Below, one piece after another: positions 54,581 to 63,885 of a DNA stretch of 64,000 bases (the stretch's first letter is position 1; every line of letters starts with the position of its first letter). The stretch is from NCBI GenBank assembly GCA_046349255.1, contig JAXMCR010000002.1, forward strand, positions 797,518 through 861,517, in the 5' to 3' direction. The position numbers were made by a program, and so were the translations under genes. This stretch comes from Hyphomicrobiales bacterium. GTDB taxonomy: Bacteria > Pseudomonadota > Alphaproteobacteria > Rhizobiales > Aestuariivirgaceae. The notes beneath the pieces are model-generated. The model saw only the letters and a program-made list of their open reading frames with translations, was not told where the DNA came from and made no database searches.

Positions 54581-56170
54581 TCAGGCCTCCTCGAGCGCCC
54601 GGCGCAGCCGCCGCAGGATGATCTGCCGCGTGCGTTCGTCCGGCGCCTTCTCGATCTCCTCGTTGATATCGAGGAGGAGGCGCGTCAGGTCGTTGTGCCA
54701 GTCGAGGCGGGCCGCCTGCTCGGGCGCGATGCGCGGACGGTGCGTGGCCGGAAGCGCGCGGGCGTGTGCGCCCTCAAGGTCGAACGTCTCGTCCATCTGC
54801 GGCAGGACCACGACCGACTCTGGCACGAGATCGGGCGCGATGCGCTCCTTCAGCGCCGTGAGGTTCGGCTCCTCGCCGTGAACGAGGAACAGCGTGCGCT
54901 TGACCGGCAGGCGCTGCGAGATCCACTCGACGAGCTCCGGCGCATCGGCGTGGCCGGAATAGGCGTTGATCAGGTCGATGGTCGCCTCGACGCGCACGTC
55001 GGTTCCCATGATGCGCACCATCTTCGCGCCGTCGAGGAGCAGGCGGCCCAGCGTTCCGACCGCCTGGTAGCCGACGAGCAGCACGGTCGCGTCGCGCCGC
55101 CACAGGTGTTCCTTCAGGTGATGGCGGATGCGCCCGGCCTCGCACATGCCAGACGCGGCCATGACGATGAAGAAGCCCTTCAGGCGGCCGATCGCCTTGG
55201 AGTCCTCGACTGACGTCGACAGCCGGACGTCGGGCGAGGACAGCGCGGCGATCAGCGCCTCGGGATTGTCGAGGTCGTCGGCGTGGCGGCGGAACACTTC
55301 GCTCGCCTTCTGGGCGAGCGGGGAGTCGAGGAACACCGGCACGTGCGGGATCGCGCCCTCGCGCATCAGCACGTAGAGATCGGCGATGATCTCCTGCGCG
55401 CGTTCGACCGCGAACGTCGGCACGATCAGCGCGCCGCCGCGGGAGCGCGCCGCGTTCACCGACTTCGCCAGCAGGGCGCGGCGGCCTTCCTTGGTGAAGT
55501 CGATGCGGTCGGTCGCGCCGAAGGTCGATTCGCACAGGAGGTAATCGACGTCGGCCGGGCCTTCGGGTCCGGGCTGCAGGAGCTTGTGGCGCGGGCCGAC
55601 GTCACCGGAAAAGAGGAGGCGCAGCGGCGCGGCCGCTCCGTTCGAGACCTCGACCTCGATCGAGGCCGAGCCGAGCAGGTGGCCGGCGTTCCAGTAGCGG
55701 GCGCGCACGCCGGGGATCGGTTCTATCCACGTCCGGAGGTCGACGGGGCGCATGCGTTCGATCGTGCGCTGTGCGTCCTCGACGGTGTAGATCGGCTCGA
55801 GGTCGGCGCGGCCCTTGCGGCGGTCGCGCCGGTTGATGCGCTCGACTTCGGTCTCCTGGATGTAGGCTGCATCGGGCAGCATCACCGTCGAGAGGTCGAT
55901 CGTCGGCGGCGTCGCGTGGATCGACCCCTGGTAGCCGTGCTTCACGAGCTTCGGCAGAAGCCCCGCGTGATCGATGTGGGCGTGGGTGAGGAGCACCGCA
56001 TCGATGCGGGCGGGCTCGAACGGGAAGCGGCCGTAGTTGAGCTCGCGGAGTGTCTTCGGTCCCTGGAAGAGGCCGCAGTCGACGAGCACGCTGCCGTTTG
56101 CCGTGTCGAGGCGGAAGCACGAGCCGGTGACCGTGCCGGCGGCGCCGTGGAAGGTGAGCGTGGTGGTCAT
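54581..56170 (-). CDS. Beta-CASP family metallo-beta-lactamase-fold nuclease (RNA-metabolising MBL)
   Basis: 529-aa ORF. HAHIDHAG (HxHxDH), a beta-CASP region and an RNA-specificity-like C-terminal part. Its stop codon lies 5 nt before the start of the giant gene. Confidence 0.85.
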   Translation of the reverse strand: MTTTLTFHGAAGTVTGSCFRLDTANGSVLVDCGLFQGPKTLRELNYGRFPFEPARIDAVLLTHAHIDHAGLLPKLVKHGYQGSIHATPPTIDLSTVMLPDAAYIQETEVERINRRDRRKGRADLEPIYTVEDAQRTIERMRPVDLRTWIEPIPGVRARYWNAGHLLGSASIEVEVSNGAAAPLRLLFSGDVGPRHKLLQPGPEGPADVDYLLCESTFGATDRIDFTKEGRRALLAKSVNAARSRGGALIVPTFAVERAQEIIADLYVLMREGAIPHVPVFLDSPLAQKASEVFRRHADDLDNPEALIAALSSPDVRLSTSVEDSKAIGRLKGFFIVMAASGMCEAGRIRHHLKEHLWRRDATVLLVGYQAVGTLGRLLLDGAKMVRIMGTDVRVEATIDLINAYSGHADAPELVEWISQRLPVKRTLFLVHGEEPNLTALKERIAPDLVPESVVVLPQMDETFDLEGAHARALPATHRPRIAPEQAARLDWHNDLTRLLLDINEEIEKAPDERTRQIILRRLRRALEEA

Positions 56171-56408
56171 GGTGCGTCAGTCCCCTCGACGCCGGTGGGA
56201 GACGCTAGCACGCGGACGTTAATGGAAACGACATCCATCCCGTGGAAGGCTTACCCGGCCCCGAATCCGTACACACCCCCGACAACTGTCGCGAACAGTC
56301 GCATGAAACGGCTTACATCCTCCAGCATTTCTGCGTTCTTGGCGGTGGTGTTGTCGCATGCGCGCGCACTCCGTAGATTGGCGTAAACAGCCCCAGCGGA
56401 GACCCCCT

Positions 56409-57344
56409 TTGGAATACCGCGACTACTACAAGACGCTCGGCGTCGAGCGCACCGCCAGCGCCGACGACATCAAGGCGGCCTACCGGAAGCTCGCCCGCAA
56501 GTACCATCCCGACATCAGCAAGGAGGCCGGGGCGGAGGCGAAATTCAAAGAGGTGTCAGAGGCTTACGAGGTCCTCAAAGATGCCGAGAAGCGCGCCGCC
56601 TACGACCAGCTCGGCCAGGGCCCGCAGCCCGGCCAGACCTTTCGCCCGCCGCCCGGCTGGGACGCGGGCTTCGAGTACGAGGGCGCCGAGGAGCCGGGCT
56701 ACAGCGACTTCTTCGAGCAGCTGTTCGGCCGCGCCCGCCGGCAGCGGCCGGGCGGGTCGGGGGGCGGCAGTTTCCGCGCCTCCGGCGGAGACCACCACGC
56801 CAAGATCCTGATAAACCTCGACGATTCCTACACCGGCGCGACCCGGCAGGTGTCGCTGCGCAACGCCGAGATCGACGACAAGGGCCAGGTCCAGATGAAG
56901 GAGCGCACCGTCAACGTCACGATCCCGAAAGGCATCCGCGAAGGTCAGGTCATCCGCTTGCAGGGCCAGGGCGGACCCGGCATCGGCGGCGGTGCTTCGG
57001 GCGATCTCTACCTCGAGGTCGAGTTCGCCCCCGACCCGCTTTACAAGGTCGACGGCAAGGACGTGACCTACGAGCTTCCCGTGGCGCCCTGGGAGGCCGC
57101 GCTCGGTGGCAAGGTCAAAGCCCCGACGCCCACGGGCGCGGTCGATCTCACCATCCCTCCGGGCTCCGGAACCGGCAGAAAGCTGCGGCTGAAGGGCCGT
57201 GGGCTGCCGGCGGCCGAGCCCGGTGATCTCTACGCCGTGCTGAAGCTCGTGCTGCCGCCGAACAAGGGTCCCGAGGCCGAGCGCCTCTACAAGGAGATGG
57301 CCGAGAAGCTCGCGTTCAACCCGCGCGCCGGCCTCGGAGTGTGA
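56409..57344 (+). CDS. cbpA: Curved-DNA-binding protein CbpA (DnaJ homologue without zinc finger)
   Basis: Frame of ORF 56358..57344. TTG 56409 gives [12 protein letters not shown], the canonical J-domain start, with GGAGA 8 nt upstream. HPD motif (YHPDIS). ATG 56358 is the alternative start. Confidence 0.88.
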   Translation: MEYRDYYKTLGVERTASADDIKAAYRKLARKYHPDISKEAGAEAKFKEVSEAYEVLKDAEKRAAYDQLGQGPQPGQTFRPPPGWDAGFEYEGAEEPGYSDFFEQLFGRARRQRPGGSGGGSFRASGGDHHAKILINLDDSYTGATRQVSLRNAEIDDKGQVQMKERTVNVTIPKGIREGQVIRLQGQGGPGIGGGASGDLYLEVEFAPDPLYKVDGKDVTYELPVAPWEAALGGKVKAPTPTGAVDLTIPPGSGTGRKLRLKGRGLPAAEPGDLYAVLKLVLPPNKGPEAERLYKEMAEKLAFNPRAGLGV

Positions 57345-57348
57345 CGCC

Positions 57349-57636
57349 ATGACGAACGACATCGTGGTCTACGACGAGACGACCGAGGTCACCCTCGAGC
57401 AGCTCGTCACCTACTGCCACGTGCGCCGCGAGAAGGTGGTCGAGCTCGTGCGCGAAGGCATCCTCGCCCCGCACGGCGCAGCCCCCGGCGACTGGCGCTT
57501 CGGCGGCCTGTCGCTGCGCCGCGCGCGCAAGGCGGTGCGGCTCGAGCGCGACCTCGAGATCAACCTGACGGCAGTCGCGCTGATCCTCGATCTCCTCGAC
57601 GAGATCGATACGCTCCGTGGGCGGACGGGCGGCTGA
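57349..57636 (+). CDS. cbpM: Chaperone-modulatory protein CbpM (MerR-like)
   Basis: 95-aa ORF 4 nt after cbpA. The gene order and size match the cbpAM operon. Confidence 0.8.
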   Translation: MTNDIVVYDETTEVTLEQLVTYCHVRREKVVELVREGILAPHGAAPGDWRFGGLSLRRARKAVRLERDLEINLTAVALILDLLDEIDTLRGRTGG

Positions 57637-57640
57637 GCGC

Positions 57641-58276
57641 CTAACAGAACCCGCCCTGTCCGGACGGAAGGGCGTAATGCACCAGAAGATAGAGCGCGAC
57701 GACGGCGACGACGGCGATCAATGCGATCGTCGTCAGCCGGTCGGCGATGAACGCCCGCATCCGCTCACCGTAGCGCTGCAGCAGCCAGCCGAGTGCAAAG
57801 AACCGCGCGCCGCGTGCAACGACGCACGAGACGATGAAGAACGGCAGTCCGACGTGCACGACGCCGGCCAGGATCGTCACCACCTTGATCGGCGGAATGT
57901 GCGCAAGCCCCGACGTCACGAGCAGCAGCATCGTCATCTCGCGCCCGCCACACTGGCGCAACGCGTTGAATTCATCGAGTTTTCCGTAGAACTCGAGGAT
58001 CGGCTCGGCGATCAGGTGAAAGCCGTAGTAGCCGATCAGATAGCCGAAGATTCCGCCGAGCGTGGACCCGATCGTCGCGATGAGGGCATAGCGCATGGCC
58101 CGCTCGGGCCTCGCGAGCGCCATCGGCACGAACAGCACGTCGGCTGGCACGAGGAAGAACGAGCTTTCGACGAACGCGATGATGCCGAGCCAGAGTTCGG
58201 CAGCCTTCGAACCGGCGAGCGACAGGGTCCAATCGTAGAGGCGGCCGAGAACGCCTGTGCTTGTTGCCGACCGCAC
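57641..58276 (-). CDS. YqaA/DedA (SNARE-associated, PF09335-type) inner-membrane protein
   Basis: Frame of ORF 57641..58366. GTG 58276 avoids overlap with the upstream gene and has GGAG upstream. Motif VESSFFLVPADVLFVPMAL. Start is uncertain. Confidence 0.75.
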   Translation of the reverse strand: MRSATSTGVLGRLYDWTLSLAGSKAAELWLGIIAFVESSFFLVPADVLFVPMALARPERAMRYALIATIGSTLGGIFGYLIGYYGFHLIAEPILEFYGKLDEFNALRQCGGREMTMLLLVTSGLAHIPPIKVVTILAGVVHVGLPFFIVSCVVARGARFFALGWLLQRYGERMRAFIADRLTTIALIAVVAVVALYLLVHYALPSGQGGFC

Positions 58277-58302
58277 GTATTGCTGCTCCGAATACCCGCG
58301 CG

Positions 58303-58983
58303 TTACTGAACGGCGGGTGCGTTTGACTGGCGCTTCTCGATAGCCGACAGAAGTTGCGAATTCCAATACGGCAGCGGCGTCATCAGCAGTCGACCCGTGC
58401 CGATGTAGGTCCGCAGCATCGACTCGCCTGACAGCATCGAGCCGAGGATCGTGCGGGCAGGCCGTCGAACCTCAAAGCGGATGCCCGCAGTGCGCGCGAT
58501 CACGAGCGCGCCCTCGACGGCGATGCCGCCGTTGTCGAGGACGACTTCGCGCACCGGGCCGTCCGTCTTGAGCACCACGGTGCCGAAGCCGCTCACCATC
58601 GTCACGTAGTGGATGAAGCCCTCCCCGGTCCAGAAGGAGGCCTCCATCGGTTCGCGGTGCAGCGTGAGTTCGACGGAGCCTTCCGAGGCCCAATAGGAGC
58701 CACGGCTCAGGATCCAGGAGTCACCGTGCAGGGCGAAGACGTGGTAGCCCCCGGCAGAAGCCTCGAGAACGACCGTGCCACTGCCGCTGAACGACGGGCG
58801 GATCAACGGCTCCTGCGACAGCGCATTGCGAAAAAAGTCCCGTGGCCGCGGCAGCGGCGCATCGACAACGATCCCGCCTTCGATGTAGGACATCGCGCCG
58901 GTTTCGGCCCGGATCGTCTCGTTGTGCAGGTGGGCGCGCACGAACTGGTGCGATTCCGTTTCGACGACTTCGAACTCGGCCAT
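58303..58983 (-). CDS. AIM24 (DUF124/TIGR00266) family protein
   Basis: ATG 58983 (MAEFEVVE...) with GAGGG upstream, inside ORF 58303..59013. AETGAMSYIEGGI and GTGRLLMTP resemble the AIM24 family pattern. Confidence 0.7.
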   Translation of the reverse strand: MAEFEVVETESHQFVRAHLHNETIRAETGAMSYIEGGIVVDAPLPRPRDFFRNALSQEPLIRPSFSGSGTVVLEASAGGYHVFALHGDSWILSRGSYWASEGSVELTLHREPMEASFWTGEGFIHYVTMVSGFGTVVLKTDGPVREVVLDNGGIAVEGALVIARTAGIRFEVRRPARTILGSMLSGESMLRTYIGTGRLLMTPLPYWNSQLLSAIEKRQSNAPAVQ

Positions 58984-59063
58984 CCTGCCCTCGATACGCG
59001 TTTCCAGGACCACGGCGGACGCTATAGTGCCCCCGCTGGTTCACCCATCATGCGGAGCCGATC

Positions 59064-60038
59064 ATGGTCAAGCCCAAACTCTTCGCCGTGGCGTTGCTTG
59101 CCAGCCTGCCGCTCCTGGGAGTGGCAGGGGAGCCGGCTGCGGCGATGACAAGGCTCGTGACCATCGGTACGGGCGGCCCGACCGGGATCTACTTCGCCGT
59201 CGGCAACGCCATCTGCCGCCTGCTGCTGGGCGCGGGTGAGGCGAAGGGCGACCGTTCGCTGCGTTGCATCGCGCCGTCGAGCGCAGGGTCGCAAAGCAAC
59301 GTCGACGCGCTGATCTCCGGCGACATCGACGTCGCCATCGTCCAGTCGGACGTTCAGTACGAGGCCTATGAAGACGCGTCCGGCAAGGGCAAGCAGCTGC
59401 GGAGCCTGTTTTCACTGCATGCCGAACCCTACCAGCTCGTCGCCTCGAAGAAGTCCGGAATCAAGTCGTGGAACGACCTCGCTGGAAAGCGCTTCAACAT
59501 CGGCAACCCAGGGTCAGGGAACCGGAAGACGACGGAAGTCCTGATGCAGGCCCACGGCACGCCCCGCGGCGCGTTCCAGCTGACGACCGAGCTTCCGCCC
59601 GCCGAACAGGCGCGCGCCTTGTGCTCCGACCGGATCGATGCGTTCGGCTATGTGGCCGGCGCCCCGAACTCGAGCGTCGCCAGCGCCATCGAGAAGTGCG
59701 ACGCCACGCTCGTCAGCGTCGACAGCCCTGTCGAGGAGAAACTTGCCGAACAGTTCCCCTACTTCGGCATCGCGACCATTCCGAAGAGCACGTACAAGGG
59801 CGTGGATAACGATGTCCGCACGCTGTCCACGTTCGCCACGGTACTCGTGCGCGCGGACCTGCCGGACGATATGGTGAAGGCCCTGATGGCGGCGGTCTTC
59901 GACGACATCGAGACGTTCCGCTCGCAGAACCCGGCGCTCGAGAATCTCAATCTGGACGAGATGGTCTCGCGCGGGCTGATCGCCCCGCTGCATCCGGCAG
60001 CGGAAGCCTTCCTCAAGGAAAAGGGCTTGCTGAAGTAG
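59064..60038 (+). CDS. TAXI-family TRAP transporter solute receptor
   Basis: 324-aa ORF with a signal peptide, then IGTGGPTGIYFAVGNAICRLL (TAXI TIGR02122-like). No TRAP membrane component is adjacent. Confidence 0.8.
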   Translation: MVKPKLFAVALLASLPLLGVAGEPAAAMTRLVTIGTGGPTGIYFAVGNAICRLLLGAGEAKGDRSLRCIAPSSAGSQSNVDALISGDIDVAIVQSDVQYEAYEDASGKGKQLRSLFSLHAEPYQLVASKKSGIKSWNDLAGKRFNIGNPGSGNRKTTEVLMQAHGTPRGAFQLTTELPPAEQARALCSDRIDAFGYVAGAPNSSVASAIEKCDATLVSVDSPVEEKLAEQFPYFGIATIPKSTYKGVDNDVRTLSTFATVLVRADLPDDMVKALMAAVFDDIETFRSQNPALENLNLDEMVSRGLIAPLHPAAEAFLKEKGLLK

Positions 60039-60039
60039 C

Positions 60040-60816
60040 TCAGTCCGGCTGCATCTTCTTCAGCACCGTCTCATAATCGCCCGGACCGATCCGCACGGCG
60101 CCGGCAAACGGTTCGTCGAGAGCGGAGATCGCGTAGATGGTCATCGCCAGATAGAAGATGACGAGACCGCCGATCGTCAGGTGCAGCAGGATGCGTACGT
60201 CGAGCAGCACGATCAGCGCGATGTTGACCAGCACCCCCACGACAACGAGCCACCAGAGCACGCTGTCGATCCTTACCTTCACCTGCGCCTCACGCAGCGC
60301 CTTTGCCTGGGTGAGCGCATAAAACTGGGTCATGGTCTCGCCGTGGATCAGGTTCTGGGTCTCGCCATCGGGATCGAAAAGCTGGAGGTTGTCCTGCAGC
60401 GCCGAGAGGATGTCGTCGGATTTTCGGTCGATGATCCCAAGCGCCTGCTCCGGCCACACCCTATCGATCAGATACTTCGTATACGTGACGAGCAGCCGCT
60501 GCCCGTCCGTGCGCAATGGTTCGGGATAGTGGCTCAGGTTCTTGTAGAGCGAGAAGATCGCCGTCGTTTCGCTTTTGACGGTGGATTTTGCCTCTTCGAC
60601 GTTTTGATAGGCCGCCACCGCGAGCAGGCCGAGGAGAATGCCGTAGAAGACGCTGAACGAGGAAATCGCGATTCCGACGATCTCATTGATGCCACCCTGA
60701 CGCCGCAGCCAGAAGCGCAGGATCGGTCGGACGAACAGGATCAGCGCCCACGTCAGGCCGACGAACAGAATGCTCAGCCGCACGGCCGAGCCGAATTCGA
60801 CGTATTCGAGCCCCAT
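60040..60816 (-). CDS. Membrane protein, DUF4239 / bestrophin-like family (tentative)
   Basis: ATG 60816 within ORF 60040..60864. Two N-terminal and two C-terminal TM helices flank a soluble middle part. Family assignment is from memory only. Confidence 0.55.
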   Translation of the reverse strand: MGLEYVEFGSAVRLSILFVGLTWALILFVRPILRFWLRRQGGINEIVGIAISSFSVFYGILLGLLAVAAYQNVEEAKSTVKSETTAIFSLYKNLSHYPEPLRTDGQRLLVTYTKYLIDRVWPEQALGIIDRKSDDILSALQDNLQLFDPDGETQNLIHGETMTQFYALTQAKALREAQVKVRIDSVLWWLVVVGVLVNIALIVLLDVRILLHLTIGGLVIFYLAMTIYAISALDEPFAGAVRIGPGDYETVLKKMQPD

Positions 60817-60894
60817 CGCGTTTCCCCGGCGATACCGCGCAGCGCGGCAAGGCCTGCTTGCCACGTTTCGCGAAAGGATGAAAGTCGGCTCGGG

Positions 60895-60923
60895 CTTGCC
60901 TTGCCTGCGGGCATGGGCTAATT
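60895..60923 (+). promoter_or_regulatory. Candidate promoter of tRNA-Ser
   Basis: CTTGCC, 17-nt spacer, CTAATT, ending 15 nt before the mature tRNA 5' end. Confidence 0.3.
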
Positions 60924-60938
60924 GGCCGACTTTCCTGC

Positions 60939-61028
60939 GGAGAGGTGGCCGAGTGGTTTAAGGCGCACGCCTGGAACGCGTGTATACGGGAAACCGTATC
61001 GAGGGTTCGAATCCCTCCCTCTCCGCCA
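60939..61028 (+). tRNA. tRNA-Ser (anticodon GGA), class II with long variable arm, CCA encoded
   Basis: Hand-folded. Acceptor GGAGAGG/CCTCTCC, anticodon stem CACGC/GCGTG with loop CTGGAAC, variable arm TACGG-GAAA-CCGTA, T arm GAGGG-TTCGAAT-CCCTC, then GCCA. Confidence 0.95.
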
Positions 61029-61342
61029 AGCCGACAGCATCAGCCGCACTACTCGGAGCAAGGGCCCCCAGCAGTGCCGGAATGCGCGGCCCGAGGCTCG
61101 TAAACAAAGCACTGCTCAATCAACCCGTTCGAAGGCATGCGGCCGATAGCGATTTCAACTGCGTCGGAGCGGCATAGCATCGTCGACCCGAGGACGCGTT
61201 TTCATTCCGGGTTACGGGCAGCAACAACCTCATAATGCCAAGCCGAACCCCGGGAGCAATTTCCAGGCCTCCAGGAGATTATGGATGGCGTAACACTTGC
61301 ACTTGAAGATTGCTGTACTTGTTACGCGCATTAGAAAAAACT

Positions 61343-62401
61343 ATGAAGATATTAGACCTTGGGCGGCATTGGCAAAAATCCCTCTTGGAGTATTGGGGCC
61401 TTCTGGAGGCGGGACCGCCCGGTTTCGGTGACATCGCCGAAGTAGAACGAATCCCTTTTCTTGGGGACCAGCCTGTCGCTCGCAATGGGCGTCGGATCGA
61501 CAGTCCATGCGGCTTAGACGACTTTACGGGCGCGAGGCCAAAACAATCTTCGTTTGGGGATATTCTTTGCCTACCGTCCGGCGCAGTGTTTCATGACGGC
61601 GTCTATGCTCGCTGGCTTTCGTATTGTCCCAACCAACGACCGGTTTTAGGCATACGCGACGTGGGATTTCCTTCACAGGTGAACGAAGCCACGCTCGTAA
61701 GCGTCGAGCACGGCATAACCTATGGCGATTGGGTCGCCGAATACATAAACACCCTTATTCATGCGATGCCGCTCGCATCGCCACTGCTCGTCCCCGTCCG
61801 ATTGCGTAGCCGACCGTTTGTCGAGAGGGACCTTGTCGCTCTGGGAATAGATTTCCGATTTATCGACCGCCCGACGTTTGTGCGCCAGGCCACCGTTCTG
61901 CATAAACGAAGATATCTGGGGCGCTGGACGAAAGAGGACGTTGCAGCCTACAGGGCTGCCTTCGGGATAACTACCGAACCTCCCCGGCGAGGATCTCTCT
62001 TGTACCTCTCGAGAGAGGGCGTGCCACACCTGCAGCATCATCCAACCCGCGTCTATCCGAACGCCGAAGTCGGCGCGCTCGTAGCCTCGCTCGGGGGCAG
62101 AACACTGAAGACACAGCAGCTCGGCCTCAAGGACTTTGTCAATGCCCGAACCGAGGCCGAAACCGTCGTTGCTGACCACGGCTCGGCGATGGTGAACCTT
62201 CAGCTTTGGGAAACGAAGAATGTCATCGAACTCGTAACGGACGGCTGGTGGGACCCCAGCATGATGTCGGTGGCCAAGTCGTCCGGAGTTCGCAACTACG
62301 CGATTGTTCGTGTAAGCGGCTCGGGGTCTGCTTGCATTGCGGCGATTCGAAATTGGATCAAGTCGTTTCAGACGTCGGTTGATTCCTTGTGGGCTGACTG
62401 A
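61343..62401 (+). CDS. Glycosyltransferase family 61 / DUF563-like protein
   Basis: ATG 61343 in ORF 61310..62401. The C-terminal pattern VVADHGSAMVNLQLWETKNVIELV resembles the GT61 HGAGLxN...viEl motif. Lower G+C than core genes. Confidence 0.5.
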   Translation: MKILDLGRHWQKSLLEYWGLLEAGPPGFGDIAEVERIPFLGDQPVARNGRRIDSPCGLDDFTGARPKQSSFGDILCLPSGAVFHDGVYARWLSYCPNQRPVLGIRDVGFPSQVNEATLVSVEHGITYGDWVAEYINTLIHAMPLASPLLVPVRLRSRPFVERDLVALGIDFRFIDRPTFVRQATVLHKRRYLGRWTKEDVAAYRAAFGITTEPPRRGSLLYLSREGVPHLQHHPTRVYPNAEVGALVASLGGRTLKTQQLGLKDFVNARTEAETVVADHGSAMVNLQLWETKNVIELVTDGWWDPSMMSVAKSSGVRNYAIVRVSGSGSACIAAIRNWIKSFQTSVDSLWAD

Positions 62402-62427
62402 GCGAAGTGCGCCTCTGCATTTACCCG

Positions 62428-63885
62428 CTACTGTTTGCATCCGCAGAATGGCTTGTTCGAAGCGTATTCCGCTTCGTTATAGGCATTGCTCAACCGGGGG
62501 CGGACAGTCGCTGGAAGGCCCAGCGTGATCTGCAACTCACGGACGAGCGTTTTTACCCACAGGCGCACACTCTGGTCGAAGGACGCGGCCTCTTGCGTTT
62601 CCGCGCTCCGCACGATCCTGACATTGCCGTCGGCGTCCCCAAATGCTGTCGCCGAGAGGGCCGGGATGGGGATCTCGAATGTTCCACTTTCAACCGGCAG
62701 CCTTGCATCGCCCGGCCCTCCCCAGAGCCCCTGTCCCTGAGGCGTGAGGAAAGCGAGGACCAGTGAGCGCGCCGACCAAAGGCAACTCGCTGGACCGGAG
62801 TAAGGATCAACCACACGGGGGTCGGCCCCACAGTACCCCTGCGTGATGTTTCCTCGCTCAAGCATTCCATGAGGAATGAAGTAGCTCCACGTTGCATCCA
62901 GAGTTCGACGAGCAAGCATCGGAGTTACGCCATCACGGCGTTCAAGCGATGCAGCGATCACTGGCACGGGTACTGCGCCGCGATAACAGATGCTCCGCCC
63001 GAAGACTGGATATCCCGCCGGCGTGATCAGGTGCTGGAATTGGCGAAGAAAGTTTTCATCGCCAGCTTCAAGAGGCCACGCAGCGGGATTGATCTGTCGC
63101 TGCCAAAAGAACTCATATTGGAAGCTCCAGGCGTTGTAGTAGTCCACCTCTCCGCCAGGGCCGTCAGCGAACCACCCGTCGGCAGTTTTGAAGCTCTTTA
63201 TTCGGGCCAGTCGATCCGTCGGCCGCTTCGGCAACCCGGTAAGCGAGGCGATCACTTCTGCCGTTGTCTCCTGCATGAGAAGCCAGTTGTTGTTGTTTCC
63301 CTGCGCACCTTCCGCCGCCGAAAGCCACTCGACGATCCGCTGCTTGACGGTCGCAGGGTAAGCATCCCAGACCTCAGTCCGCAGGAGCCAAAGCGAACGA
63401 GCAATATCCGCTGACTCGACGATCCGCTGATCAAACGCTTTGGGGGTTCCCCAGTAGCCCGCAGAATTTGGATCGGTTCCACTCGCGATGGCCTGTGATA
63501 CTGCGAGGACCAAGTCGACCTCGCTTCCATCGTCAAGCTCGATCGATTGGCCACGACCGCTTTTCACCCAAGCCGCCATGAGAGGCGCAATGCGGGCGAA
63601 GCCCTCCAGCCGATCTGACTGCTCTCCATTGCTGCTCGGAAGGCCGGGGTACGCGGCCATGCTGCCTTCGGGGGTGCGAAACTGCATGAAACCGGAAATG
63701 AGGTAGCGCACGAGTTCCACGTATGCCGCTTCCGTCGGATGCCCGCCTGAAAACTCGTCGACCAGACGGGCCCTCGCTTGAACGGCCCAGGCGGGCTCTG
63801 GATCAGGCCGCTCGCGCAACGCCCACCAGATGCTCAAGATAACGGTTGCCAACACGGCGGCCACACGGAACACGGAGGGCTTCAC
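62428..63885 (-). CDS. DUF2264-like protein with N-terminal membrane anchor (putative glycan-active enzyme)
   Basis: 485-aa ORF. N-terminal TM segment VAAVLATVILSIWWAL. YWG...DQRIVE, NNNW and DGWF.DGPGG..DYYNAW resemble DUF2264. Assignment is from memory. Confidence 0.5.
   Translation of the reverse strand: MKPSVFRVAAVLATVILSIWWALRERPDPEPAWAVQARARLVDEFSGGHPTEAAYVELVRYLISGFMQFRTPEGSMAAYPGLPSSNGEQSDRLEGFARIAPLMAAWVKSGRGQSIELDDGSEVDLVLAVSQAIASGTDPNSAGYWGTPKAFDQRIVESADIARSLWLLRTEVWDAYPATVKQRIVEWLSAAEGAQGNNNNWLLMQETTAEVIASLTGLPKRPTDRLARIKSFKTADGWFADGPGGEVDYYNAWSFQYEFFWQRQINPAAWPLEAGDENFLRQFQHLITPAGYPVFGRSICYRGAVPVPVIAASLERRDGVTPMLARRTLDATWSYFIPHGMLERGNITQGYCGADPRVVDPYSGPASCLWSARSLVLAFLTPQGQGLWGGPGDARLPVESGTFEIPIPALSATAFGDADGNVRIVRSAETQEAASFDQSVRLWVKTLVRELQITLGLPATVRPRLSNAYNEAEYASNKPFCGCKQ

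Noticed and set aside
50223-54881. Very long ORFs antisense to or overlapping real genes: 50223..54881 (1,552 aa), 49303..52470, 46124..49417, 14350..17481, 4948..7896, 193..1716 and many shorter ones.
   Set aside because: They lie opposite or out of frame to genes with clear family motifs. Their translations are Arg/Ala/Gly/Pro-rich low-complexity strings with no recognisable motifs. This is the expected stop-codon-poor artefact of high-G+C DNA.
61029-61342. Integrase gene, att direct repeat or transposase next to tRNA-Ser.
   Set aside because: No ORF with integrase or transposase features was found between 61029 and 64000, and no copy of the tRNA 3' end. The island call therefore rests only on composition and position.
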